Shown here piece after piece: positions 28,117 to 37,900 of a DNA stretch of 64,000 nt. The stretch covers positions 128,001 to 192,000 of the forward strand of contig CAVXWP010000003.1 in NCBI GenBank assembly GCA_963765495.1, written 5' to 3'. Origin of the DNA: Blastocatellia bacterium (GTDB lineage: Bacteria > Acidobacteriota > Blastocatellia > UBA7656). Under the pieces are notes generated by a model. That model did no database searches. It saw only the letters and a program-made list of their open reading frames with translations, and had not been told where the DNA came from. Every line of letters starts with the position of its first letter. Position 1 is the first letter of the stretch. The position numbers were made by a program, and so were the translations under genes.

Positions 28117-29058
28117 ATGGACAATAACAACCTACCTGTTGATAAATCGGAAATTCTTTTTCTCTATGAAAGCAGCTATTCCGTGCCGAATGGCGATCCT
28201 TTCACATCAGAGCAACGCTATGACGAAGAAACTAAAAAAGTGCTTGTCAGCGATGTTCGCATCAAGCGTTTCATCCGCGACTACTTCAATGATAAGAACG
28301 AAATTGTTTACGTCATTGATAAACGCCGTGAGGGTGAGAAGGGGTCAGGCGCGGCATTAAGAATGCTCATGCTTAAAGAGGATTTTGCCAATGATGAAAG
28401 TGTGATGACAAAAGAAAAGTCAGGTAAAGCAAAGGTAGACGCTATTAAGATCATGCAGAAGTGTATTGATGTGCGTTTGTTCGGTGGTATCTCGACTGAA
28501 GAAAAGGATGCAGTAAATCTCACAGGCCCAGTTCAATTCGCCCTGCTAAATCCATCACTTAACAAAGTGGATTTACGGATGCATCAGAACACTTCTGTCT
28601 TTGCATCAAGCGAAGAGAAAACACGCGGGGCTATTGGCACGACCACAGTTGTTCCTTATTCATTGAATCAAATTCACGGTTGGATCAACCCTTATTCGGC
28701 CAGACATACAAATCTGACTCAGACCGATATTGCCGAAATGTTTAGGGCACTATGGGCGAGCATCAATAACGCCAATACAAGATCAAAGTCGAATCAGAAC
28801 TCTTTGCTTTTGCTTCAAATCGTCTATTCTGATCCAAACAGAAAACTATATGGACTTGACCGGCTCATCAAGCTCACGACTGACAAACAAGAAGAACAAA
28901 TCCGTAGCAGCGAGGACTACAAGCTTGATTTTTCTAAACTCAAGGAAACTGTTACAAAGTCAGACGCCGTGAAACAGGCGAATTTTTACACAGAACACGA
29001 AAACCTCAGCAAAGAGCTTGAAGGTGAAGCCAAGTTCAAACCTATGGAGTTGCTATGA
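28117..29058 (+). CDS. cas7: type I-B Cas7b (Csh2-like)
   Basis: PNGDP, VSDVRIKRFIRDY, IDVRLFG, TGPVQF. Confidence 0.92.
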   Translation: MDNNNLPVDKSEILFLYESSYSVPNGDPFTSEQRYDEETKKVLVSDVRIKRFIRDYFNDKNEIVYVIDKRREGEKGSGAALRMLMLKEDFANDESVMTKEKSGKAKVDAIKIMQKCIDVRLFGGISTEEKDAVNLTGPVQFALLNPSLNKVDLRMHQNTSVFASSEEKTRGAIGTTTVVPYSLNQIHGWINPYSARHTNLTQTDIAEMFRALWASINNANTRSKSNQNSLLLLQIVYSDPNRKLYGLDRLIKLTTDKQEEQIRSSEDYKLDFSKLKETVTKSDAVKQANFYTEHENLSKELEGEAKFKPMELL

Positions 29059-29753
29059 GAGGTGCGCTCATAAAGATAGAAGGCAACTGGGGGCACTTCA
29101 AGAAACCAGAGACCAATAATAACCCACTAACGCATGATTTCATTACGAAGACGGCGCTTATCGGTCTGATCGGTTCAGTTCTTGGTATAGAACGGCATCA
29201 AATGAAGGAAGTTTTCCCGCAGCTTTCAGAAGACCTAGGCTATGGCGTGCAAATTCACAGGGCTGTAAAGAAAGAGTCGTGGGCATTCAAATTGAGATAT
29301 GCAGAGAATCCATTTGCAAAGCGTCCCGTACAAATGGAATTTCTGAAGAGCCCCAACTATACCGTTGCAATAGGCTTATGCTATGAGCGTTCAGCAGGCT
29401 TTCTCAACGAATTCGTCAAAGCAATTGAGACAGGACGAGCACGGTATACGCCTGTTCTTGGATTACATAATTGTCCTGCGAACATCGGCTCTATAGTTGA
29501 AGGCGAATTCATTCCAAACGAAGGGAATTTCAATACTAGGAGTTTCATCACTGAAAAACATACGCTGGTAAAGGTTCTAGAGGCAGAAAGGTTTCGTGTA
29601 GGCGTTGATCGAATGCCTACATATCAGAACGGTGATTTCTGGAATTTGCCGGATCGCTACGTACGCGTTTTCTATCCATCAGAAGACCGCGAGATATCAG
29701 CATCCGGCAAATACCACGAGTTCACGGATGGGAGTAATTGGGTGTTAATATGA
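29055..29753 (+). CDS. cas5: Cas5
   Basis: GNWGHFKKP...THDFITKTALIGLIGSVLG; YTPVLG; ATGA overlap with cas7. Confidence 0.88.
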   Translation: MRGALIKIEGNWGHFKKPETNNNPLTHDFITKTALIGLIGSVLGIERHQMKEVFPQLSEDLGYGVQIHRAVKKESWAFKLRYAENPFAKRPVQMEFLKSPNYTVAIGLCYERSAGFLNEFVKAIETGRARYTPVLGLHNCPANIGSIVEGEFIPNEGNFNTRSFITEKHTLVKVLEAERFRVGVDRMPTYQNGDFWNLPDRYVRVFYPSEDREISASGKYHEFTDGSNWVLI

Positions 29754-32149
29754 AGGATTATTATTCTCATCCTGACAAACTGCTGAGCGATCATTTGCGT
29801 GGCGTGATGGAAGGTGCGCAGCGTAGAACACCATTGAGAGCAGCACAAATCGCTGCGCTCTTTCACGACTTGGGAAAGATCAATCCTAATTTTCAGATTA
29901 AACTCAGGGGCGAAAAAAAGGTCGGCTATTCAAGTCATGCCTACCTGTCAGCTCTCGGTTGGCTTTGTTTTTGCGGGGCGAATAAAGAAAGTTTGAAAGA
30001 ATTGATGGGCGATGACCCAGCGCTTGTCTTTAGCATTGCCGCCATGATTGCACGTCATCACGGAAACTTGCCAAACCTTGAAGAAGGCTTCTTCAAGGAG
30101 AGAGAACAAAAAGCCCTCAGAGAATTCCTTGAAGAAATCTCATCCAAGGATTTGCCGATTTCCGATTTTCTACAGGCGCTACTAGAGCATAATTCCTTCG
30201 ATATTAAGCCAGCCAGTGAACAGTTGGACCACCTTATATTTCATTTTCAATACAAATTTCAACATGTACTTAAACGCATTACTGATCCCCTCACCTTCTT
30301 CATGGATACCCAATTCGGTTTTGCGTCTTTGATCGAATCCGATAAGCGCGATGCAGGCAATAACGTCCAGTTCAACAAAGAGGTTTACGGAACCTCGTTA
30401 AAGCAAAACTTCGGTTTACAACTCGAAAAGTTCCTGCAAGAACTCATTCCGCAGAAAGAACTTGATATAGTACGCACAGAAATGCGAGTTCAGGCAGTAG
30501 AAAATATCCGATCAGAGCTTGCGGAAGGCAGACGAGTTTTTACTCTTTCGGCTCCGACAGGTGCGGGTAAAACACTCATGCTTCTAACCCTCGCTGGCGA
30601 AATATTAAAACAAAACGATCACTTGAGCATCATTTATGCACTTCCATTCCTTTCTATAACCGAGCAAACAGAAGCCATCTGTAAGCGGATTTATAGCGAA
30701 CAAGAGTATGCCGTATTGCGCATTGATTCAAAGTCCGAAAATGATCGGATAGATAAATATCAGCGTGACCTTGATGCTAACCCAAGCGACGAAAATTTGC
30801 GGCGATTGATGCAGGAAATCTTTTCAAAGGATACATTTGACCACCCATTCATCATCACGACATTCATACAAGTATTCGAGGCGCTTGTCAGCAACCGCAA
30901 TTCCACGTTGCTGCGCCTTCCAAATTTCGCCCATGCGATCTTTCTTCTCGATGAAATCCAAGCTTTACCCCCCCGCCTATATACATTCTTTACCGCATAC
31001 CTGGATGAGTTTTGCCGCAAATTCGATTCATACGCAATTATCTCAACTGCCACGATGCCGTATGTTGAGATACCCAAGAAAGAGATGCCCCAAGACGAAA
31101 ATCCTTACCTGCTTTTCAAACGCTATAAAACCCCACGTGAGCTATTGAATAACGAATTTTACCGGCATAGAGTATTCAACCGTTATCGCATTAAGCGGCT
31201 AGAAGCAGGAAATTTTCATATTACAGACTTGGCAGAGATGATTCGCCGACAACTCAAATCTTGCCTTGTCATTTTGAATACCATTCAAGATACGAGGCAA
31301 CTTTATGAAGCATTGAGTGACGATGTAGGTGAAACCGAATTTGTTTTGTTAAATACTCATTTCACGCCAAATGACAGGCAAAGCAAAATCGGTTTTTGCA
31401 AAGATAGATTGAAGGATGGTAAGCATCTCGTTCTCATCTCTACGCAGCTAATAGAAGCAGGAGTCGATATTGATTTCCCTGTGCTCTATCGTGATATGTG
31501 TCCTCTGCCGAATTTGATTCAATCGGCAGGTAGGTGCAACCGTAATGGTGAAGATATATCTGGCACCGTTTATCTTTTTGAGCTAAAGAAAGAAAATGGT
31601 GATGCGTCAGCCTCGTATATCTACAAACGCGATGTGGATTGGTTTCTGGATTTCACGAAAGAAATCATAAAGGGCGAAATCACAGAGGGGGAGTTATTTT
31701 CTGTGCAGGAAAAGTTCTTCCGCAAGGTAGAACAAGATTTGTATATTGGATGGCATAAACAATCAAGCGGTGAACTTAATATGGTTCAGTGCATAAATCA
31801 TATGGCATTTGATGACCTCGGAAAATTTCGCTTGATTGATGAGTATTATTTTGGAAAAGAATTTCGGTATTATGTTGGTGCTGAGGAAAATTTTGGAGAA
31901 TTAGAGAAACGTGTACAGCAACTTGATTATAGGATTAAAGATTTCGCTACAATTAAGTTACTCAAGTTTAGAGTAGAAGATCAACTCAGGCGGATGGCGG
32001 GAGATATTGTTACGATTCGCCTTACGGAAAATAATCCAGAACCGATGTATAGTAAAGAAGTAATCGGTATTCGTAATCTTGCCGATCCAGATGATTACTC
32101 TTCTGTCACAGGTATTAGGTTAGGCGGGGGAAGTAGCAACATCATCTGA
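29750..32149 (+). CDS. cas3: Cas3 HD nuclease-helicase
   Basis: LSDHL, FHDLGK, RHHG, APTGAGKT, LDEIQ, STATMP, STQLIEAGVDIDF, QSAGRCNR; ATG overlaps the cas5 stop. Confidence 0.95.
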   Translation: MKDYYSHPDKLLSDHLRGVMEGAQRRTPLRAAQIAALFHDLGKINPNFQIKLRGEKKVGYSSHAYLSALGWLCFCGANKESLKELMGDDPALVFSIAAMIARHHGNLPNLEEGFFKEREQKALREFLEEISSKDLPISDFLQALLEHNSFDIKPASEQLDHLIFHFQYKFQHVLKRITDPLTFFMDTQFGFASLIESDKRDAGNNVQFNKEVYGTSLKQNFGLQLEKFLQELIPQKELDIVRTEMRVQAVENIRSELAEGRRVFTLSAPTGAGKTLMLLTLAGEILKQNDHLSIIYALPFLSITEQTEAICKRIYSEQEYAVLRIDSKSENDRIDKYQRDLDANPSDENLRRLMQEIFSKDTFDHPFIITTFIQVFEALVSNRNSTLLRLPNFAHAIFLLDEIQALPPRLYTFFTAYLDEFCRKFDSYAIISTATMPYVEIPKKEMPQDENPYLLFKRYKTPRELLNNEFYRHRVFNRYRIKRLEAGNFHITDLAEMIRRQLKSCLVILNTIQDTRQLYEALSDDVGETEFVLLNTHFTPNDRQSKIGFCKDRLKDGKHLVLISTQLIEAGVDIDFPVLYRDMCPLPNLIQSAGRCNRNGEDISGTVYLFELKKENGDASASYIYKRDVDWFLDFTKEIIKGEITEGELFSVQEKFFRKVEQDLYIGWHKQSSGELNMVQCINHMAFDDLGKFRLIDEYYFGKEFRYYVGAEENFGELEKRVQQLDYRIKDFATIKLLKFRVEDQLRRMAGDIVTIRLTENNPEPMYSKEVIGIRNLADPDDYSSVTGIRLGGGSSNII

Positions 32150-32186
32150 AGATCTAGCAACTTCATAATACTGAGAGGAATAAATC

Positions 32187-32420
32187 ATGGCTGGACTGAC
32201 ATTGACCGCGATTTACGAAGAGGCCGAAGAGGGCGGATATATCGGCTATATTGCTGAACTCCCCGGCGCTAACACACAAGGTGAAACGCTTGAAGAAGTG
32301 CGCGAGAATCTTATTGAAGCCGCACGGTTGATCCTTGAGGTTAATCGGGAAACAACAGAGAAACGTTTGACCGATCCGACAAAGGTTAAACGTGAGCCTT
32401 TGACGCTCGAAGCGGCCTGA
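32187..32420 (+). CDS. hicB: HicB-family antitoxin (short, no DNA-binding domain)
   Basis: EEAEEGGYIGYIAELPGANTQGETLEEVRENLIEAARLILE. Confidence 0.88.
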   Translation: MAGLTLTAIYEEAEEGGYIGYIAELPGANTQGETLEEVRENLIEAARLILEVNRETTEKRLTDPTKVKREPLTLEAA

Positions 32421-32421
32421 A

Positions 32422-32607
32422 ATGAAGCGCACGGAATTGATTCGACACCTCGAACGACATGGTTGTTTGTTTGTGCGCGAGGGTGCTAAACATACGGTCT
32501 AAACAAATCCTGCGAAGGCTTTGTTTACTACCGTGCCGCGACATCGGGTGATTAAGAAAAACCTTGCCCGCAAAATCTGTGATGATCTCGGTATACCGCG
32601 TCCTTGA
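32422..32607 (+). pseudogene. hicA: HicA-family toxin with a premature stop
   Basis: Hand translation MKRTELIRHLERHGCLFVREGAKHTV*TNPAKALFTTVPRHRVIKKNLARKICDDLGIPRP; TAA at 32500-32502. Confidence 0.85.
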
Positions 32608-32680
32608 GAAGCACCGCTCCCAGATTTATCTCTGAGAGATGTTCAATTGAGCCGAATCCGTTTATTTACCGAAAGAGCTT

Positions 32681-33202
32681 ATGGATGACTCCGAGCAAAG
32701 TGTTACGGACGAACTTCCCATCTTCACTGGTACGGAAGTCGGCTATTACTTTATCTGCCATAAAAAGCTCTGGTGGTTTGCGCATGGCATTCAGATGGAA
32801 CACGAGCACGACCGTGTTAAACTCGGCAAGCTCGTTCACCAAGAGTCTTACTCGCGCCGACGCAAGGAGATTGATGTTGACGGAAAGATTGTAATGGACT
32901 GGCGCGAAGACGGCATTATTCACGAAATCAAACTCACAGACAAAATGGAAGATGCCCATGAGATGCAACTTGTCTACTATCTCTACTATCTCAAGCTTAA
33001 AGGCGTCAAAGACCTGCGCGGGCAAATAGATTATCCGAAGCTACGTGAAACCAAATCGGTAGTTTTAGACGAAACCAATCAACAAAAAATCGAGCAGGCT
33101 CTCATTGACATAAAGCGCATCGTAGAATTGCCGCGTCCGCCTGAAGTGGAGTGGATGAAGATTTGCCGTTCGTGCAGCTATGCGGAATTGTGCTGGGGGT
33201 GA
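32681..33202 (+). CDS. cas4: Cas4
   Basis: YYFICHKKLW, HEIK, QLVYYLY, CRSCSYAELC Fe-S cysteines. Confidence 0.93.
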   Translation: MDDSEQSVTDELPIFTGTEVGYYFICHKKLWWFAHGIQMEHEHDRVKLGKLVHQESYSRRRKEIDVDGKIVMDWREDGIIHEIKLTDKMEDAHEMQLVYYLYYLKLKGVKDLRGQIDYPKLRETKSVVLDETNQQKIEQALIDIKRIVELPRPPEVEWMKICRSCSYAELCWG

Positions 33203-33240
33203 GATGAGGCGGGCCGTTTAAATGTATTTGAGGTGAACAC

Positions 33241-34452
33241 ATGGCACGGCACTATTACCTGACGAGATCGGGCCGTCTCCGGCGCAAAGACAACACTCTT
33301 TGTTTCGAGCCGTCCGGTGAGATTACAGAAAATTCCTGCGATCAGGCCGTTACGTATGAACCGTCTTCGTCCGGCGATGTTGAATACGGCTTACCTGAAA
33401 CGGTAACCGACATGTTCAGCGGATCGGATGAGATGGGGGATTTATCTTTTGAGCCTGAGGCGGGGTCGGACAGTGAAGAGACTGCGCGATTGGAATCAGA
33501 GTTGTCTTTGGAAGAACAGGCCGCTCCGGTCAGAGTGGCTGATAGGCGCGTGATTCCGGTCGAGGACGTAGACGCACTCTGGGTCTTTGGCGAACTTGAT
33601 TTGAACTCGCGGGTGTTGAACTTTCTGGCTCAACACAAGATTCCTGCTCACTTCTTTAATTACTATGGATATTACGCGGGAACTTTTTACCCGCGTGAAT
33701 ACTTGAACGCGGGCTTTGTCCTAGTAAAGCAGGTTCGTCACTATGCTAATAGGCAGTTACGACTGGCTATTGCGCGCGAGTTTATCAATTCGGCTCTGCA
33801 CAATATTTTACGCAATCTGAGATACTACGGCGCGCGAGGGGTGGACCTACAGGCAGAAACAGAAGGCGTACAGGAAGAGGTGTTGCGCCTGGATTCGGTA
33901 AGAGACATAAATGAACTGATGGCCTGCGAAGGGCGTGCGCGGAGTTCCTATTATAAAGGATTTTCAAAGATATTTCGTGAGCGGGTGGAATTTACAAAGC
34001 GAGTGAGGCGTCCACCCGACAACCCCGTCAACACGCTCATCTCGTTTACGAATGGGATGGTTTATGCAGCGGCGCTGACTCAGATTTATCGAACTCAACT
34101 CAATCCGACTATCAGCTTTCTACATGAGCCGGGAGCGCGTCGCTTTTCACTCGCCTTAGACCTGGCCGAAGTATTCAAGCCTATATTGGCAGACAGGTTG
34201 ATATTCAAGCTGGTCAATAATCGGCAGTTGTGTGAACGGGACTTCTCGCAGGATTTGAACTGCTGTTATCTGAAAGATTCAGGCCGGAAAACGATCTTGA
34301 AGGAATGGGACGCGAGATTGCAGACGACGATAGAACACAGGCGGTTAAAGCGCAAAGTGAGTTATGAAAGGCTGATTAGATTAGAGTGTTACAAGCTGGT
34401 CAAGCACTTGACCGATACAGAGCGATATGTAGGATTTCGCGCATGGTGGTGA
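33241..34452 (+). CDS. cas1: type I-B Cas1 with a long acidic N-terminal insertion
   Basis: GRLRRKDNTL, FFNYYGYYAGTFYPRE, MACEG, RRPPDNPVN, FLHEP, LALDLAEVFKP, FRAWW. Confidence 0.95.
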   Translation: MARHYYLTRSGRLRRKDNTLCFEPSGEITENSCDQAVTYEPSSSGDVEYGLPETVTDMFSGSDEMGDLSFEPEAGSDSEETARLESELSLEEQAAPVRVADRRVIPVEDVDALWVFGELDLNSRVLNFLAQHKIPAHFFNYYGYYAGTFYPREYLNAGFVLVKQVRHYANRQLRLAIAREFINSALHNILRNLRYYGARGVDLQAETEGVQEEVLRLDSVRDINELMACEGRARSSYYKGFSKIFRERVEFTKRVRRPPDNPVNTLISFTNGMVYAAALTQIYRTQLNPTISFLHEPGARRFSLALDLAEVFKPILADRLIFKLVNNRQLCERDFSQDLNCCYLKDSGRKTILKEWDARLQTTIEHRRLKRKVSYERLIRLECYKLVKHLTDTERYVGFRAWW

Positions 34453-34468
34453 TTTCAGGGGGGGTATA

Positions 34469-34735
34469 ATGTACGTGCTGATAGTTTATGACATAGAGGT
34501 TAAGAGGGTCAGCCGAGTGCACAAGTTTCTGAAGAGGTATCTGAACTGGGTGCAGAACTCTGTTTTTGAGGGAGAGCTAACCGAATCACAGATAGAAAAA
34601 GTTAAAGCGGGACTGTATAGAATACTGATAGAAGATGTAGATTCGGTGTTGATCTATACTGCGCGCGAAGAGCGGTGGTTGAATAAGGAAGTAATGGGAT
34701 GCGAACGCGGCCAAACAAGCAACCTGTTATTTTGA
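34469..34735 (+). CDS. cas2: Cas2
   Basis: MYVLIVYDI, YLNWVQNSVFEGELT, DSVLIY. Confidence 0.95.
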   Translation: MYVLIVYDIEVKRVSRVHKFLKRYLNWVQNSVFEGELTESQIEKVKAGLYRILIEDVDSVLIYTAREERWLNKEVMGCERGQTSNLLF

Positions 34736-34975
34736 AAGAATTAGCCGTATCGGCCGTCGTCGGGCACCTGTCAAGGGAGGAATTTGGAAAGAAACTTGTG
34801 TGAATGAAAAGGGCATATTCCGATTAAATATTATCTTAAAAGCAGTTAACCCATGTCGTCAGGCATGGTGGGTTTAAGCACTATTGCCGCCCGACGACTT
34901 ACTCACAACAAAAATTGAAAAAATCTAATGCTAAATGATTGATTTAGCTATAACCTTTTTCATAGAATAGCCGGG
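34736..34975 (+). promoter_or_regulatory. CRISPR leader
   Basis: AT-rich 240 bp between cas2 and repeat 1; GTCGTC(G/A)GGCA at 34756 and 34855, inverted GCCCGACGAC at 34889, IHF-consensus match at 34932-34944. Confidence 0.85.
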
Positions 34976-37900
34976 GCTTGAATCGAACCATCGTGGAATT
35001 GAAACATCGATCAATGCGCAATCGGCATGCATAGTCGCAGATGGCTTGAATCGAACCATCGTGGAATTGAAACATGCTGAATCGTCGCACGTTGATCTGC
35101 GATCGTGACAGTGCTTGAATCGAACCATCGTGGAATTGAAACTACGATCTGCGCTAGTACGAGTCATCGCGACGTCACAGCGCTTGAATCGAACCATCGT
35201 GGAATTGAAACAGCTCGTACTGCGACTGTCACCGGTGCATGACGCAGCGCTTGAATCGAACCATCGTGGAATTGAAACATCGATAGTCAGCCGAGCGATC
35301 ATGATGTCGACGATCAGCTTGAATCGAACCATCGTGGAATTGAAACATCAGTAGCACTCGATCAGCTCGATCTGGCGATATTGCGCTTGAATCGAACCAT
35401 CGTGGAATTGAAACTAGTCATGACAGCTGCTCGATGTCAGCGTCGACTGCATCGGCTTGAATCGAACCATCGTGGAATTGAAACGAGCATCTACGCATGA
35501 CGGATAGTCGACTCGCACATGCTTGAATCGAACCATCGTGGAATTGAAACACGATGACCGCGAACGCTTGACAGTCGACGATGCGACGCTTGAATCGAAC
35601 CATCGTGGAATTGAAACGTCATATCGGCAGTCCGCAGCGCATCGGCGAGTCAGTGCTTGAATCGAACCATCGTGGAATTGAAACTGATCTCGAACTGACT
35701 GCCGACAGATCGCATAGCCGCAGCTTGAATCGAACCATCGTGGAATTGAAACCGATATTTCGGTCGCTCATCGCGCATGCAGCCGTATGCTTGAATCGAA
35801 CCATCGTGGAATTGAAACACTGCATCAGCCGCATGCTGCGCAGTCGACTGACGCGCTTGAATCGAACCATCGTGGAATTGAAACTATGACATGCAGCATC
35901 GATGCTGCATCGCGACATGACTGCTTGAATCGAACCATCGTGGAATTGAAACAGCAGTCGACAATGTCGCTGCATAGCGTGACAGCTACGACGCTTGAAT
36001 CGAACCATCGTGGAATTGAAACGCATTGATGCCGCGTACTGATAGTCAGCTGCTGATGACGGCTTGAATCGAACCATCGTGGAATTGAAACATGAATTCG
36101 CACGTGCAGCGAAACGATCAGCGATCGATGCTTGAATCGAACCATCGTGGAATTGAAACAGATCATGGCAGCTGTCGCGGCTAGCATGCAGTGCAGCTTG
36201 AATCGAACCATCGTGGAATTGAAACTGCATATGCAGCTGATCAGCTGCACGGTACAGCGCAGTGCTTGAATCGAACCATCGTGGAATTGAAACTATCGCT
36301 GAAGCGCTCGACGATCTGCGCATGTCAGTGCTTGAATCGAACCATCGTGGAATTGAAACACATGCTATGTCGCGCATGATCCGCATGCAGCATCGATGCT
36401 TGAATCGAACCATCGTGGAATTGAAACTACGCATCGTCGACTGCAATCGGCTCGCATCGATCGGCTTGAATCGAACCATCGTGGAATTGAAACAGTCAGA
36501 CTGCAGCGATATGCAAGTCGCGACAGCGACGCTTGAATCGAACCATCGTGGAATTGAAACCATAGCATTCGCGATGCTCGCTGAACGACTGCAGCTGAGC
36601 TTGAATCGAACCATCGTGGAATTGAAACGCTATGCAAGCCGTCGCGATCGAATCGCGCATGTGCAGCTTGAATCGAACCATCGTGGAATTGAAACAGATG
36701 CCGTCGATCGTGCTCGAAGTCGATCATCTGCACGGCTTGAATCGAACCATCGTGGAATTGAAACATCAGTAATCGATCGTCTGAGTCGACATCGCAGCGC
36801 AGCTTGAATCGAACCATCGTGGAATTGAAACATCACTCAGCATCCAGCACTGCGCGATCACGTGCATGCGCTTGAATCGAACCATCGTGGAATTGAAACA
36901 CGCATGAGCGCTCGCATCGAAATGGCGCAACTCGTGGCTTGAATCGAACCATCGTGGAATTGAAACGCAGTATGCAGCGTACTTGCAGATTCGCTGTCTT
37001 GACGTGCTTGAATCGAACCATCGTGGAATTGAAACAAGTCAATGACCGGCTGATCGCAACGCAGTGCGCGATGCTTGAATCGAACCATCGTGGAATTGAA
37101 ACTATCTAGATCGCGCCTGTAATGCTGAATCATCGCAGTGCTTGAATCGAACCATCGTGGAATTGAAACATGATCTGATCACTGCCGAGTGCGCTCGACG
37201 CATCGCGCTTGAATCGAACCATCGTGGAATTGAAACATCGATCACGCTGACCGTCATGACGCAATCGTGCAGGCTTGAATCGAACCATCGTGGAATTGAA
37301 ACATCAGATACGCGCATACTGCCGATTCGCTATCGAGTCAGCTTGAATCGAACCATCGTGGAATTGAAACTAGATCATTGCTGCACGATATTCGCATGAT
37401 CGGCAGCTGCTTGAATCGAACCATCGTGGAATTGAAACAGCTGCATCGACACGCGCTATGAGCGTCGCCATCGTCAGCTTGAATCGAACCATCGTGGAAT
37501 TGAAACTAGCTATCGCGGTCTCGTGCTCTGCATAGCCATCGTGCAGCTTGAATCGAACCATCGTGGAATTGAAACTTGATACATAGCTCGCTACGATATG
37601 CCGCATCGAGCGATGCTTGAATCGAACCATCGTGGAATTGAAACGATATCATCGACAGCTCGCTATCATGAGATGCTGCAGGCTTGAATCGAACCATCGT
37701 GGAATTGAAACAGTCATCATGAGTCGATGCGGCCGCAGTACGCGTCATGGCTTGAATCGAACCATCGTGGAATTGAAACGATATCTGCGTGCACGATCAG
37801 AGCTCGAGCATTGCAAGGCTTGAATCGAACCATCGTGGAATTGAAACTGCATGCCGTGCATGATCGCCTGCAGATTGCGACGCGTGCTTGAATCGAACCA

